From NCBI GenBank assembly GCA_964016885.1, contig OZ024744.1, positions 117,056,001 to 117,120,000 of the forward strand: 64,000 nt of DNA, in the 5' to 3' direction. The DNA is from Eledone cirrhosa. Lineage: Eukaryota. Within the stretch, counting starts at the first letter, position 1, and each line of letters starts with the position of its first letter. The position numbers and the translations under genes were made by a program. The notes under the pieces were generated by a model, which was given only the letters and a program-made list of their open reading frames with translations, made no database searches and was not told where the DNA came from. Below are positions 1 to 13,700 of the stretch, piece after piece.

Positions 1-541
1 GTTAGAACACCTTTGGTCAGCTTAATAAGGGCTATAATCTCTTTGGTCAGCTGAATAAGTGTTAGAACACCTTTGGTCAGCTTAATAAGGGCTACAATCT
101 CTTTGGTCAGCTGAATAAGGGTTAGAACACCTTTGGTCAGCTTAATAAGGGCTATAATCTCTTTGGTCAGCTGAATAAGGGTTAGAACACCTTTGGTCAG
201 CTTAATAAGGGCTATAATCTCTTTGGTCAGCTGAATAAGGGTTAGAACACCTTTGGTCAGCTTAATAAGGGCTACAATCTCTTTGGTCAGCTGAATAAGT
301 GTTAGAACACCTTTGGTCAGCTTAATAAGGGCTATAATCTCTTTGGTCAGCTGAATAAGGGTTAGAACACCTTTGGTCAGCTTAATAAGGGCTATAATCT
401 CTTTGGTCAGCTGAATAAGTGTTAGAACACCTTTGGTCAGCTTAATAAGGGCTATAATCTCTTTGGTCAGCTGAATATGGGTTAGAACACCTTTGGTCAG
501 CTTAATAAGGGCTATAATCTCTTTGGTCAGCTGAATAAGGG
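1..541. repeat. 60-bp tandem repeat (dimer of two related 30-mers), runs off the window start
   Basis: Nine near-identical 60-nt lines; both halves contain ctttggtcagct.aataag. Confidence 0.97.
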
Positions 542-620
542 CAGATGTTTTTGATTTGACCAATACATTTGAATTTCGTAGCCACAATGAAACTGAGGAA
601 GCTAGCTGTTACATCTACTT

Positions 621-850
621 ACACACACACGCACACGCACACGCACACGCACACACACTTATACACACATGCACTTATATGCACACGCACTTATATGCCT
701 ACATACTTATACGCACCCACACACACACATATACGCACACATGCACTCACACACATATACGCACACATGCACTCACACACATATACGCACACATGCACTC
801 ACACACACGTACATACACATACACACACTCATACATACATACATACACAC
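621..850. repeat. CA-rich microsatellite with a short internal repeat
   Basis: (CA)n with repeated atatacgcacacatgcactcacacac. Confidence 0.9.
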
Positions 851-944
851 AGAGAAAATGGATGTTTGCTGGTTTTGATAAGTATTTCTCCTCCCATCAA
901 CATCTTGTGAGGTTTGAGGGGGTGGAGAGTGACACCTTTATATA

Positions 945-2138
945 TTGTTGTTGTTACTGCTGTTGTTGTTGTAGGGGTTGTTGTTAACTGCTGTTGTTGT
1001 TGTAAGGGTTGGTGGTGGTGTTGTTAACTATTGCTCTGGTTGTTGTTGTATTTGGTTGTTGTTGTTGTTGTATTTGGGTGTTGTTGTTGTTAACTATTGC
1101 TCTGGTTGTTGTTGTTGTTGTTGTTAACTACTGCTCTGGTTGTTGTTGTTGTTGTTAACTACTGCTCTGGTTGTTGTTGTTGTTGTTGTTAACTACTGCT
1201 CCGGTTGTTGTTGTTGTTGTTGTTAACTACTGCTCTGGTTGTTGTTGTTGTTGTTGTTAACTACTGCTCTGGTTGTTGTTGTTGTTGTTGTTGTTAACTA
1301 CTGCTCTGGTTGTTGTTGTTGTTGTTGTATTTGGTTGTTGTATTTGGGTGTTGTTGTTGTTAACTATTGCTCTGGTTGTTGTTGTTGTTGTTGTTAACTA
1401 CTGCTCTGGTTGTTGTTGTTGTTGTTGTTAACTACTGCTCTGGTTGTTGTTGTTGTTGTTGTTAACTACTGCTCTGGTTGTTGTTGTTGTTGTTGTTAAC
1501 TACTGCTCTGGTTGTTGTTGTTGTTGTTGTTGTTAACTACTGCTCTGGTTGTTGTTGTTGTTGTTGTTAACTACTGCTCTGGTTGTTGTTGTTGTTGTTA
1601 ACTACTGCTCTGGTTGTTGTTGTTGTTGTTGTTAACTACTGCTCTGGTTGTTGTTGTTGTTGTTGTTAACTACTGCTCTGGTTGTTGTTGTTGTTGTATT
1701 TGGTTGTTGTATTTGGGTGTTGTTGTTGTTAACTATTGCTCTGGTTGTTGTTGTTGTTATTGTTAACTACTGCTCTGGTTGTTGTTGTTGTTATTGTTAA
1801 CTACTGCTCTGGTTGTTGTTGTTGTTGTTGTATTTGGGTGTTGTTGTTGTTAACTATTGCTCTGGTTGTTGTTGTTGTTGTTATTGTTAACTACTGCTCT
1901 GGTTGTTGTTGTTGTTGTTGTTAACTACTGCTCTGGTTGTTGTTGTTAACTATTGCTCTGGTTGTTGTTGTTGTTGTTGTATTTGGTTGTTGTTGTATTT
2001 GGTTGTTGTATTTGGTTGTTGTTGTTGTATTTGGTTGTTGTTGTATTTGGGTGTTGTTGTTGTTGTTAACTATTGCTCTGGTTGCTGTTGTTGTTGTTGT
2101 TAACTACTGCTCTGGTTGTTGTTGTTGTTGTATTTGGG
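945..2138. repeat. Compound (GTT)n minisatellite with fixed spacer aactactgctctg
   Basis: Variable GTT runs separated by ttaactactgctctggtt or tatttgg. Confidence 0.95.
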
Positions 2139-3152
2139 TGCAGTCGTGGGTCACGTGTGACACAGTGCAGTCGTGGGTCACATGTGACACAGTGCAGTCG
2201 TGGGTCACATGTGACACAGTGCAGTAGTGGGTCACATGTGACACAGTGCAGTCGTGGGTCACATGTGACACAGTGCAGTCGTGGGTCACGTGTGACACAG
2301 TGCAGTCGTGGGTCACGTGTGACACAGTGCAGTCGTGGGTCACGTGTGACACAGTGCAGTCGTGGGTCACGTGTGACACAGTGCAGTCGTGGGTCACGTG
2401 TGACACAGTGCAGTCGTGGGTCACGTGTGACACAGTGCAGTCGTGGGTCACGTGTGACACAGTGCAATCGTGGGTCACGTGTGACACAGTATTCATGGGT
2501 CACGTGTGACACAGTATTCATGGGTCACATGTGGCCAGTGACATATCAGTCATGGGTCACATGTGGCACTGTATTGTCGAGGGCCACATGTCGCCTGTGA
2601 CATAGTGCAGTCATGGGTCACATGTGGCACAGTATCGTCGTGGGTCACATGTGACACAGTGCAGTCATGGGTCACATGTGACACAATACAGTCATGGGTC
2701 ACATGTGACACAGTAGTCATGGGTCACATGTGGCCAGTGACACAGTACAGTCGTGGGTCACATGTGGCCAGTGACACAGTACAGTCGTGGGTCACATGTG
2801 GCCAGTGACACAGTACAGTCGTGGGTCACATGTGGCACAGTTTGTCGAGGGTCACGTGTGGCCCGTGACATAGTAGTCATGGGCCACATGTGGCACTGTA
2901 TTGTCGAGGGCCACATGTCACCCGTGACATAGTACAGTCATGGGCCACATGTGGCACAGTATCATCATGGGTCACATGTGACATGGTGCAGTCGTGGGTC
3001 ACATGTGACACAGTACAGTCATGGGTCACATGTGACACAGTACAGTCGTGGGTCACATGTGGCACAGTATCGTCGTGGGTCACATGTGACACAGTACAGT
3101 CATGGGTCACATGTGGCCCAGTACAGTCGTGGGTCACATGTGGCCCGTGACA
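2138..3152. repeat. 27-bp minisatellite cagtgcagtcgtgggtcacRtgtgaca
   Basis: 9-aa periodic ORFs (VQSWVTCDT); homogeneous to ~2490, then degenerate. Confidence 0.95.
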
Positions 3153-3227
3153 CTCCAGCTATTAGGCTAATTTAATTAGTCAAATATATGGCAGAAGCTC
3201 TATTTTTTCACGGCAACGCTAAGATCT

Positions 3228-3311
3228 GTATGTTATGTATATATGTGTGTGTGTGTGTATGTATATATATACATGTGTGTGTGTGTATATATATATGTGT
3301 GTGTGTATATA

Positions 3312-3342
<31 letters not shown>

Positions 3343-3385
3343 ATATATATATGTGTGTGTGTATATATATATATGTATATATATA

Positions 3386-3419
<34 letters not shown>

Positions 3420-3427
3420 CATATACA

Positions 3428-3512
<85 letters not shown>

Positions 3513-3530
3513 GTGTGTGCGTGTATATAT
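3228..3530. repeat. (TG)n/(TA)n compound microsatellite
   Basis: Direct inspection. Confidence 0.95.
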
Positions 3531-3621
3531 TATTTACGCATGAATAAGAACTTTTCTTGTCTGATGACCCTGTGATAAATAGGCAAAACTCTGGTGTAAC
3601 AAGACTCACTATTTAGTCTTA

Positions 3622-3805
3622 ATAGAATTGTTTCAACTTTTGGCACAAGGCCAGCAATTACCCAGTGCATTACTGGTACTTTATTTTATCGACCCCGTAA
3701 GGATGAAAGGCAAAGTCAACCTCGACGGGAATTGAACTCAGACTGTAAAGGGACGTAACTATGCTGGAAAGCATGGTCCAGCCCTCTACCGATACTGCCA
3801 ATTAT
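3622..3805 (-). mobile_element. tRNA-derived SINE, family A
   Basis: Minus strand has B-box-like gagttcaattccc followed by central domain gactttgcctttcatccttacggggtcgataaaataaagtaccag; homologous copies at 6518 and 22900. Confidence 0.85.
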
Positions 3806-4008
3806 ATAATGAATATTAAAACTCTAATTCAGTATTGAGTACTCCTTTCTCTCAGTCGCCAACCATAGATATATATAAATATATACATATAGAGAGGGAA
3901 CCATATATCTAAAAGATTACGCAATTTATTTTTTCTTTGAAATATATTGTATATATATAATATATTGTGTATATACAATATGTTGTGTATTCTATTGCAT
4001 ATATGGTC

Positions 4009-4055
<47 letters not shown>

Positions 4056-4149
4056 TTTTGGATTATTATAGCCCTGGGCATAGTCTATTTAGGTGGTTTA
4101 TTGAGAAGCACAAAAATCAGACATATTTGATATGTTTTGATACCTCACA

Positions 4150-4375
4150 TTTCATCATCATCGTTTAATGTCCATCTTCCACGCTAGCATGGGTTAGACG
4201 TTTGTTCCATTTGATGCGGGAATGGTCATGAGACCGTGTCTCCCTCTCACGGAAGTGTCTTTGGCAGGTTTTTTTTTACAGCTGGATGCCCTTCCTAACA
4301 CCAACCACATTTACTGTATGGACTGGAAGCCTTTTTACTGTCTCCTACATGACCACCTTACAGTGTGGACTGTTG
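4150..4375 (-). mobile_element. Diverged RTE-tailed SINE fragment (related to family B)
   Basis: catcatcatcgtttaatgtcc tail and cagctggatgcccttcctaacaccaacc, shared with copies at 38124 and 45384. Confidence 0.75.
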
Positions 4376-4569
4376 TGTCATCGACACAGTGGATGGAACA
4401 GGAGAGGGATGGTGGGGTAGGGTGTGGCGGTGAGGTGTACATTGAGTTAAGAGGTGCCTACTGACTGTAGATTTGTATGCAATGGCAGTCGGGTCTTCTG
4501 TACAACTGCATGGTACCAAAGGTCTCGATCCAGTGTCATTGTCTTAGAGAGGTGTAGGTGAGCAAGGTC

Positions 4570-4750
4570 AATTTTTATCACCTCGTCTCAGGTTTTTCTT
4601 GGTCTACCCACTCCATAGCTTCCATCAATTTTCATTGCCCTGCACTTTTTTATATAGCTGTTGTCCTTCATATGTATCACGTGTCCATACCAACGCATTC
4701 TCTTCTCTCCAGAACACATTTGATACCTCTTATGCTTAGTCTCCCTCTTA
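4570..4750 (-). mobile_element. Degenerate RTE ORF2 C-terminal fragment
   Basis: Minus strand reads RLSIRGIKCVLERR, matching the KLCLRGIECSVRERR region of the RTE at ~43440. Confidence 0.65.
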
Positions 4751-5026
4751 ATTCGTTTATGCTTTGCCCTATATATATCATAATAAAGAATATATCCTTA
4801 TTATTATTGCAGTGGTTAACATGCTGAAATACTTCCTGTTAGTCAGCTCAGCTCCTAACCTGCTCTAGTCTTTGCAGACAAAATACATGTGCTTATGTCT
4901 TTGCATTTTTTACTTACAACTTCAATAGCAACTCTTCTACAGGACTAGAACTGTTTCATTCATATATATATAATCATCATCATTACTGTTTAACGTCCAT
5001 TTTTCTACACTATCATTGGTTAGTGA

Positions 5027-5362
5027 CTTTACAGTGTGTACTGGGTACTTTTTGTTGTGACACCTACATGACCACTTTACAGTGTGTACTGGGTACTTTT
5101 TGTTGTGACACCTACATGACCACTTTACAGTGTGTACTGGGTACTTTTTGTTGTGACACCTACATGACCACTTTACAGTGTGTACTGGGTACTTTTTGTT
5201 GAGACACCTACATGACCAGTTTACTGAGTGTACTAAGTACTTTTTGTTGTGACACTTACACAAACACTTTACAGTGTGTACTGGGTACTTTTTGTTGAGA
5301 CACCTACATGACCACTTTACGGTGTGCTTATGTAGGCGTCATGACAAAAAGCACCCAGTACA
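5027..5362. repeat. 48-bp tandem repeat derived from SINE family B internal sequence
   Basis: Unit ctttacagtgtgtactgggtactttttgttgtgacacctacatgacca; same unit at 63520..63930. Confidence 0.93.
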
Positions 5363-5520
5363 TTTTAATGCCAATTTTACCTGCTAGGGGTTTAGCCTTG
5401 TAAGCACCATAACATCCATTTCTTGCACAGAATGGGGTGGGTACTTCATGAGGGAATGTTTTAGAGTTAGGAGTCCTCCTTCACAACAACCCTTTCTAGT
5501 CAGCTCAATACATGACAGGG

Positions 5521-5715
5521 ATACATACACACACATACACACATACCTACACATGCACAGACACATGCACACAGAAATACACATCCACAGGCATAGACAC
5601 ACACACTGACATAGACACACACCTACATCTACACACACACACACCCAAACACACTCTTTCAGATGCACATACAGATCACACGCACACCCTCAGACACACA
5701 CACACACACACACAA
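5521..5715. repeat. Degenerate (CA)n microsatellite
   Basis: Direct inspection. Confidence 0.85.
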
Positions 5716-6517
5716 AACCACCCACAGATATATTTCAAAAAGATTGCTGCTCCCAAATTAGTTATTGTTTACATCCAGGTCAACCCTAGGTGTGCAGGGG
5801 TGTGACCAATGTTCATATTAACTATTTGATCTTTACTTGGTACCACCCTCACTGATATTCTTTTCACTAAAGTTGTATTATTCAATGTGTCCTTACAGTT
5901 TATTAAGACTTATGATGTAAGTTTAGCTGATATTTCTAGCAGTTTGACTGACCTCACCAGGATCCACATTGTGTTATTGTTGTCATTGTACTCTGTAGAT
6001 ACCCAACACAATAAATCGTATCATTACCATATTTCTAATAAAATAAACTCTATTTTAACTAATACTGTCACGAATACAAGTGGCCGAAATGAGTTTCCTG
6101 AAAAGGGTCTTCGGAGTAACATTACTTGATAGAGTGTGTAGCTTGGAGATCAGAAAGTCACTCCTGGTAGGACTGCTACTTCTCTAAATTGAGAGATCAC
6201 AGCTCTGATACTATATATATGTGTACGCATGCATATTTACATTTATGTATCAGCTGTGCTAGGGCGAGAAATAAAATTCTAATTATATATATATATATTT
6301 AATACATTAACAGAGAAAGCTTTAAGCAATACTCTGACCGACTTCCGTCTCACTTAACAAACATTAGGATATACCTTAGTATAACCCCAATTATACGTTT
6401 GGGGTGCTAACTATATGTATTTTGCGGATAGCCAGTTGTATTATTTTATATGAGACATAATTAAATACATCCCTCTTTCCAAACGATCGTTTCATTATAA
6501 GTTTTCTACAAATTGGG

Positions 6518-6702
6518 AAAATAATTGTTTCTACGTTAGGCACAAGGCCAGAAATTACCCAGTGTATTACTGGTACTTTATTTTATCGACCCCGTAAGGA
6601 TGAAAGGCAAAGTTAACCTCGGCGGAATTTGAACTCAGAATGGCAAGGGCCGTAACTCTATGCGTCAAAGCATGGTGTCCAACCCTCTACCAATACTGCC
6701 AA
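6518..6702 (-). mobile_element. tRNA-derived SINE, family A
   Basis: Homologous to 3622..3805. Confidence 0.85.
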
Positions 6703-6746
6703 TGCACGGGAAAATAATGTCCAGGTTATGTAGAAGCCTACACATA

Positions 6747-6799
<53 letters not shown>

Positions 6800-6801
6800 C
6801 A

Positions 6802-6971
6802 CACCATATTTCCCGGTGTCGAAGAAGCTACTTTTTTCCTAAAATAAGTCTCAAAAATCTACCGTGGATCCTGGAGGCCGAAGGTTGTTTATTATTTGTT
6901 TTCAAATTTTTGTTTGTCAAAATTAGGGTGCGCCCGAGGACGAAGCGGCTACGGTGCTGGGAAATGTGGTA
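6802..6971. mobile_element. ~170-bp MITE with TIRs (Tc1/mariner-pogo-like)
   Basis: Ends ccatatttcccggtgtcgaagaagc ... gcggctacggtgctgggaaatgtggta; second copy in opposite orientation at 19749..19933. Confidence 0.75.
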
Positions 6972-6997
6972 CACACACGCACACGCACACACACACG

Positions 6998-7057
<60 letters not shown>

Positions 7058-7156
7058 ATATGTGTGTGTGTAAAAGAAATGTTAATCATAGTTGGAATGT
7101 TTTGGATCATAGTTTAACTTGATAAAAGCTGACATGGGCTAAACAAGAACAGATTA

Positions 7157-7525
7157 ACTCTTTCTCTCTCTTTTTTTCTTTGTATCTCTTTTCTCTTTCT
7201 CTCTTTCTCTCTTTATTTCCTCCCTCCTTTTGTTTCCCTCTCTACCTCTCTCTCCTCTCTACCTCTCCCTCCTCTCTCCCTCTCTACCTCTCTCTCCTCT
7301 ACCTTTCTCTCCTCTCTCCCTCTACTTCTGTTTCCTCTCTCTCCTCTCTCCCTCTCTACCTCCCTCTCTTCATTCCTCCCTCCCTCTATCCATCCCTCTT
7401 CTCTCCCTCTATCCACCTCCCTCCTCTAAACACCCCCCTCTCTCATCTCTAATTTCCCCCTCTCTCCTCTTCCCCCATCTCCTCCTACCCCCTATATCCC
7501 CCCTCCCTCTCCTCTCTACCTCACC
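7157..7525. repeat. Polypyrimidine (CT-rich) low-complexity tract
   Basis: Direct inspection. Confidence 0.9.
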
Positions 7526-7779
7526 TAGCTCTGTAGAGGTACAATGATGTGGTAGTGTACAATATTAGAACTGATCAACTTGGCGTGTTATGCCTAGCTA
7601 CAAATAGCAATTGCACCCCCCCCCCAATAAATTGGTCCCTACTGTTTTGTGAGTAACTTATAAAACCATTCAAGTTGAAGTACCGAGCCTAGAGGGTAAA
7701 CTCTAGGGGTCTTCTCTGAAGCCAGAAACAAGCAAAATATTTATCTTGTCAATTTAATATAGACGGTTTCCTGCAGTTA

Positions 7780-10700
7780 CAACACATACACACACGCACA
7801 TACACTCACACACATACAACACAAAGTGAGACATGCACATACACTCACACACACACTCGTACACTCAAACACACATACAACACTGTCACACAACACTCAC
7901 ACATACAACACTGTCACACATACAACACTGCCACAATAAAAACACAGTTACACATACAACACTGACACACATACAACACAGTCACACATACAACAGTTAC
8001 ACATACAACACAGTTACACATACAACACTGTCGCACATACAACACAGTCACACACACAACACACTCACACACATACAATACTGTCACACATACAACACTG
8101 TCACACATACAATAATGTCACACATACAACACTGTCACACATACAACAATGTCACACATACAATACTGTCACGCATACAACAGTCACGCATACAAAACTG
8201 TCACATATACAACACTGTTACACATACAACACTGTCACACATACAATAATGTCACACATACAACACAGTCACACATACAACACAGTCACACATACAACGC
8301 AGTCACACATACAACGCAGTCACACATACAACACACTCACACACAAACAACAATGTCACACATACAACAATGTCACACATAAAACACTGTCACACATTCA
8401 ACACTGTCACACATACAACAATGTCACACATACAACACTGTCACACATACAACACTGTCACACATGCAACAGTTACACATACAAAACTGTCACATATACA
8501 ACACTGTTACACATACAACACTGTCACACATACAATAATGTCACACATACAACACTGTCACACATACAACACAGTCACACATACAACACTGTCACATACA
8601 ACACTGTCACACATACAACACAGTCACACATACAACACAGTCAGACATACAACACAGTCACACATACAACACAGTCACACATACAACACAGTCACACATA
8701 CAACACAGTCACACATACAACACTGTCACACATACAACACAGTCACACATACAACACTAACACACATACAACACAGTCACACATACAACACTGTCACACA
8801 TACAACACTGTCACACATACAAACAGTCACACACACAACACAGTCACACATACAACACTGTCACACATACAACACTGTCACACATACAACACTGTCACAC
8901 ATACAACACAGTCACACATACAATAATGTCACACATACAACACTGTCACACATACAACAGTCACACATACAACAGTCACACATACAACAATGCCACACAT
9001 ACAACACTGTCACACATACAACACTGTCACACATACAACACTGTCACACATACAACAGTCACACATACAACAGTCACACATACAACAATGCAACACATAC
9101 AACACTGTCACACATACAATAATGTCACACATACAATAATGTCACACATACAACACTGTCACACATACAACAGTCACACATACAACAGTCACACATACAA
9201 CAATGCCACACATACAACACTGTCACACATACAACACTGTCACACATACAATAATGTCACACATACAACACTGTCACACATACAACACTGTCACACATAC
9301 AACACAGTCACACATACAACACAGTCACACATACAACAGTCACACATACAACAGTCACACATACAACAGGCACACATACAACACAGTCATACATACAACA
9401 CTGTCACATATACAACAGTCACACATACAACACAGTCACACATACAACAATGTCACACATACAACACAGTCACACATACAACACAGTCACACATACAACA
9501 CAGTCACACATACAACATTGTCACACGTACAACACAGACACACATACAACATTGTCACACATACAACACAGTCACACATACAACACAGTCACACATACAA
9601 CACTGTCACACATACAACACAGTCACACGTACAACACTGTCACACATACAACACAGTCACACATCCAACACTCACATATACAACAGTCACACATACAACA
9701 CAGTCACACATACAACACTCACATATACAACAGTCACACATACAACACAGTCACACATAGAACAATGTCACACATACAACACAGTCACACATACAACACT
9801 GTCACACATACAACACAGTCACACGTACAACACTGTCACACATACAACACTGTCACACATACAACACAGTCACACATACAATACTGTCACCCATACAACA
9901 GTCACGCATACAACGCAGTCACACATACAACACAGTCACACATACAACACAGTCACACATACAACGCAGTCACACATTCAACACTGTCACACACACAACA
10001 CACTCACACACAAACAACAATGTCACACATACAACAATGTCACACTTACAACAATGTCACACTTACAACACAGTCACATATACAACACTGTCACACACAC
10101 AACACACTCACACATACAACAATGTCACACATACAACAATGTCACGCATACAACAATGTCACACATACAACACTGTCACACATGCAACAGTTACACATAC
10201 AACACTGTCACACATACAACACTGTCACACACACAACACACTCACACACATACAACACTGTCACACATACAACACTGTCACACATACAACACTGTCACAT
10301 ATACAACACTATCACACATACAACACTGTCACACATACAATAATGTCACACATACAACACTGTCACACACATACAACACTCACACACACAACACTGACAC
10401 ACATACAACACTGTCACACATACAACACTGCCACACATACAACACTATCACACATACAACACTGTCACACATACAATAATGTCACACATACAACACTGTC
10501 ACACACATACAACACTCACACACACAACACTGTCACACATACAACACTGTCACACATACAACACTGTCACTCATACAACACTGTCACACATACATTAATG
10601 TCACACATACAACACTGTCACAAATACAACACTGTCACACATACAACACTGTCACACATACAACACTGTCACACATACAACAGTCACACATACAACACTG

Positions 10701-13700
10701 TCACACATACAACACAGTCACACATACAACACTATCACACATACAACACAGTCACACATACAACACAGTCACACATACAACACTGTCACACATACAACAC
10801 TGTCACACATACAACACTGTCACACATACAACACTGTCACACACATACAACACTGTCACACATACAACAGTCACACTCACACAGACATATATACATACAC
10901 ACTCACACATACAACACACTCACACATACAACACTGTCACACATACAACACAGTCACACATACAACACAGTCACACATACAACACAGTCACACATACAAC
11001 ACTGTCACACATACAATAATGTCACACATACAACACTGTCACACATACAACACTGTCACACATGCAACAGTTACACATACAACACTGTCACATATACAAC
11101 ACTGTCACACATACAACACTGTCACACATACAACACTGTCACACATACAATAATGTCACACATACAACACTGTCACACATACAACACAGTCATACATACA
11201 ACACAGTCATACATACAACACAGTCACACATACAACACAGTCACACATACAACACAGTCACACATACAACACAGTCACACATACAACACAGTCACACATA
11301 CAACACTGTCACACATACAACACAGTCCCACATACAACACAGTCACACATACAACACAGTCACACATACAACACTGTCACACATACAACACTGTCACACA
11401 TACAACACTGTCACACACACAACACACTCACACACATACAACACTGTCACACATACAACAGTTACACATACAACACTGTCACATATACAACACTATCACA
11501 CATACAACACTGTCACACATACAACACTGTCACACATACAATAATGTCACACATACAACACTGTCACACACATACAACACTCACACACACACACATACAA
11601 CACTGTCACACATACAACACAGTCACACATACAACACTGTCACACATACAACACTGTCACACATACAACACTGTCACACATACAACACAGTCACACACAC
11701 AACACAGTCACACATACAACACTGTCACACATATAATGTCACACATACAACACTGTCACACATACAACAGTCACACATACAACAGTCACACATACAACAA
11801 TGTCACACATACAACACTGTCACACATACAACACTGTCACACATACAATAATGTCACACATACAACACCGTCACAAATACAACACTGTCACAAATACAAC
11901 ACTGTCACACATACAACACAGTCACACATACAACACAGTCACACATACAACACAGTCACACATACAACAGTCACACATACAACAGTCACACATACAACAG
12001 TCACACATACAACAGTCACACTTACAACACTGTCACATATACAACAGTCACACATACAACACAGTCACACATACAACAATGTCACACATACAACACTGTC
12101 ACACATACAATAATGTCACACATACAACACTGTCACACATACAACAGTCACACATACAACACAGTCACACATACAACACAGTCACACATACAACATTGTC
12201 ACACATACAACACAGTCACACATACAACACTGTCACACATACAATAATGTCACACATACAACATTGTCACACATACAACAGTCACACATACAACACTGTC
12301 ACACTTACAACACAGTCACACATACAACACTGTAACACATACAACACTGTAACACATACAACACTGTAACACATACAACACTGTAACACATACAACACTG
12401 TCACACATACAACACAGTCACACATACAACAGAGTCACACATACAACACAGTCACACATACAACGCAGTCACACATACAACGCAGTCACACATACAACAC
12501 ACTCACACACAAACAACAATGTCACACATACAACAATGTCACACATAAAACACTGTCACACATTCAACACTGTCACACATACAACAATGTCACACATACA
12601 ACACTGTCACACATACAACACTGTCACACATGCAACAGTTACACATACAAAACTGTCACATATACAACACTGTTACACATACAACACTGTCACACATACA
12701 ATAATGTCACACATACAACACTGTCACACATACAACACAGTCACACATACAACACTGTCACATACAACGCTGTCACACATACAACACAGTCACACATACA
12801 ACACAGTCACACATACAACACAGTCACACATACAACACAGTCACACATACAACACAGTCACACATACAACACAGTCACACATACAACACTGTCACACATA
12901 CAACACAGTCACACATACAACACAGTCACACATACAACACAGTCACACATACAACACTGTCACACATACAACACTGTCACACATACAAACAGTCACACAC
13001 ACAACACAGTCACACATACAACACTGTCACACATACAACACTGTCACACATACAACACTGTCACACATACAACACAGTCACACATACAATAATGTCACAC
13101 ATTCAACACTGTCACACATACAACAGTCACACATACAACAGTCACACATACAACAATGCCACACATACAACACTGTCACACATACAACACTGTCACACAT
13201 ACAACAGTCACACATACAACAGTCACACATACAACAATGCCACACATACAACACTGTCACACATACAATAATGTCACACATACAACACTGTCACACATAC
13301 AACAGTCACACATACAACAGTCACACATACAACAATGCCACACATACAACACTGTCACACATACAACACTGTCACACATACAATAATGTCACACATACAA
13401 CACTGTCACACATACAACACTGTCACACATACAACACAGTCACACATACAACAGTCACACATACAACAGTCACACATACAACACAGTCACACATACAACA
13501 CTGTCACATATACAACAATCACACATACAACACAGTCACACATACAACAATGTCACACATACAACACAGTCACACATACAACACAGTCACACATACAACA
13601 CAGTCACACATACAACACAGTCACACATACAACATTGTCACACATACAACACAGTCACACATACAACATTGTCACACATACAACACAGTCACACATACAA

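Noticed and set aside
945-2138. CRISPR-like repeat/spacer appearance
   Set aside because: The 'spacers' are just GTT runs; eukaryotic context with no cas genes. No array in the window has unique spacers
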